From: Methanomicrobiales archaeon
GTDB taxonomy: Archaea > Halobacteriota > Methanomicrobia > Methanomicrobiales > JACTUA01
Length of the DNA stretch: 26,247 nucleotides
Direction of reading: 5' to 3'
Assembly: GCA_028678555.1 (NCBI GenBank)
Contig: JAJRDF010000006.1
Coordinates: forward strand, 1-26,247
Part shown: one piece after another, positions 25,389 to 26,247 of the stretch
Position numbering within the stretch: position 1 is the stretch's first letter
How the letters are laid out: the number at the start of each line of letters is the position of its first letter
Notes under the pieces: model-generated
What the model was told of the DNA's origin: nothing
Databases searched by the model: none
Seen by the model: the letters and a program-made list of their open reading frames with translations, nothing else
Program-made: the position numbers and the translations under genes

Positions 25389-25525
25389 GTGAGACGCTCT
25401 CGGGGGCTCACCGCCCCCGCCGCGTGGTCATCTCCCGCTGAGGATGGGAGGATCCTTCGGTGTACACTGACCTGGCGGATCTATCCTCATAGGGGAGGGA
25501 CCGGGAGGGGGCTCGCTCCCTCCCG
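25389..25525 (+). repeat. Dispersed structured intergenic repeat, copy D
   Basis: 39-nt block identical to copy C; stem TGAGGATGG/CTATCCTCA; ACACCGAAG(G)ATCC block shared with copy A; terminal hairpin CGGGAGGGGG-ctcg-CTCCCTCCCG. Confidence 0.92.
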
Positions 25526-25583
25526 CACGATGACAGGGAGCCGTTCCGGGTGAGAGATCCGGGGGTCGGCCGCATCCTCACCC

Positions 25584-25589
25584 TTAAAA
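25584..25589 (+). promoter_or_regulatory. Candidate TATA for the nucleotidyltransferase gene
   Basis: TTAAAA ends 23 nt before ATG 25613, the same spacing as for minD and cobQ. Confidence 0.45.
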
Positions 25590-25612
25590 CCCCCTGCGTC
25601 CTACTCCTACGC

Positions 25613-26247
25613 ATGAAGGTGTGCATCATGTGCGGGGGCGAGGGGACCCGCCTGCGCCCCCTCACGTTCGAGCGCCCCAAGCCCTGCATCCCTATCATGA
25701 ACATCCCCTCCATCCAGCACCTGGTCTCGCACCTCTCCAGCCTGGGATTCACCGATCTGGTGCTCACCGTGGGGTACATGGCAGAGGAGATCGAGCAGGC
25801 CCTGGGCGACGGGTCGCTCTTCAATGTCTCCCTGAAGTACGTCCGGGAAAAGACCAAGCTCGGGACCGCCGGATCGGTGAAGAATGCCCAGCGGTACCTG
25901 GAGGACGGGAAGTTCCTGGTGGTGGGCGGGGACCATGTCACGACCCTGAACCTGCTGGAGTTCTACCGGGAGCACCTGCATGGCCACGGGATCCTTTCCA
26001 TCGGCCTCGTCTCCATCGATGACCCCGGCGAGTACGGCATCGCCGAGATCGATGCCGATTACCATGTGAAACGGTTCCGGGAGAAACCGGCACCCGGGGA
26101 GATCTTCTCCAACCTGGCCAGCACGGGGATGTACGTCTGCAACCCGGAGGTGCTGGACCACATCCCTGCAGGGAAGAAGTACGACTTTGCCCGGGACCTG
26201 TTCCCTGCCCTCATGGAGGAAGGGAAGCTCCTGAAGGGCTGGCTGGC
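25613..26247 (+). CDS. NDP-sugar synthase / nucleotidyltransferase (mannose-1-P guanylyltransferase-like), 3'-truncated by the window end
   Basis: Missing from the ORF track because it has no stop. Translates MKVCIMCGGEGTRLRPLTFERPKPCIPIMN...KLGTAGSVKNA...VVGGDH...YGIAEID...FREKP...NLASTGMYV. Confidence 0.93.
   Translation, partial: MKVCIMCGGEGTRLRPLTFERPKPCIPIMNIPSIQHLVSHLSSLGFTDLVLTVGYMAEEIEQALGDGSLFNVSLKYVREKTKLGTAGSVKNAQRYLEDGKFLVVGGDHVTTLNLLEFYREHLHGHGILSIGLVSIDDPGEYGIAEIDADYHVKRFREKPAPGEIFSNLASTGMYVCNPEVLDHIPAGKKYDFARDLFPALMEEGKLLKGWL

Noticed and set aside
20-25525. Autonomous IS element or classical MITE associated with the repeats
   Set aside because: There is no transposase ORF, no clear terminal inverted repeats beyond GTG...CAC in two copies, and no target-site duplication visible.
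255-26161. Many long antisense or alternate-frame ORFs (for example 491-2215, 2237-3769, 8364-9866, 10503-11981, 14914-16287, 22181-23500, 25607-26161)
   Set aside because: They are shadows of well-supported genes in GC-rich DNA and carry no family motifs.

Overview
High-GC archaeal window. The gene set and protein styles point to a Methanomicrobiales-type methanogen (inference). Housekeeping genes lie at both ends: leuS, PIN-ATPase-KH and hisI on the left; sui1, class II nrdJ, cobQ, a YkgJ-type protein, a ferric-reductase-like membrane protein and a partial NDP-sugar nucleotidyltransferase on the right. The centre (5806-19735) is the most interesting part. A prepilin peptidase lies divergent to a co-directional run of ferredoxin, V4R protein, MvhG/MvhA-like [NiFe]-hydrogenase (no MvhD/Hdr/FrhB), two Roadblock/LC7 domains, three DUF2226/PATAN-like domains, MinD, a type IV pilus ATPase with a ~540-aa repeat-containing N-terminal extension, and two TadC/PilC-like platform proteins. 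My hypothesis is an H2/redox-sensing module wired to a type IV pilus machine; this is inferred from gene context only. The 873-aa ORF in the track is a frameshift chimera of two genes. An amphipathic helix motif (DDLSALMKRL-like) is repeated in both the pilus ATPase and the Roadblock scaffold. A family of ~140-170 bp structured intergenic repeats occurs 4.5 times with a consistent orientation relative to an upstream gene. No tRNA, rRNA, CRISPR array or transposase was found.
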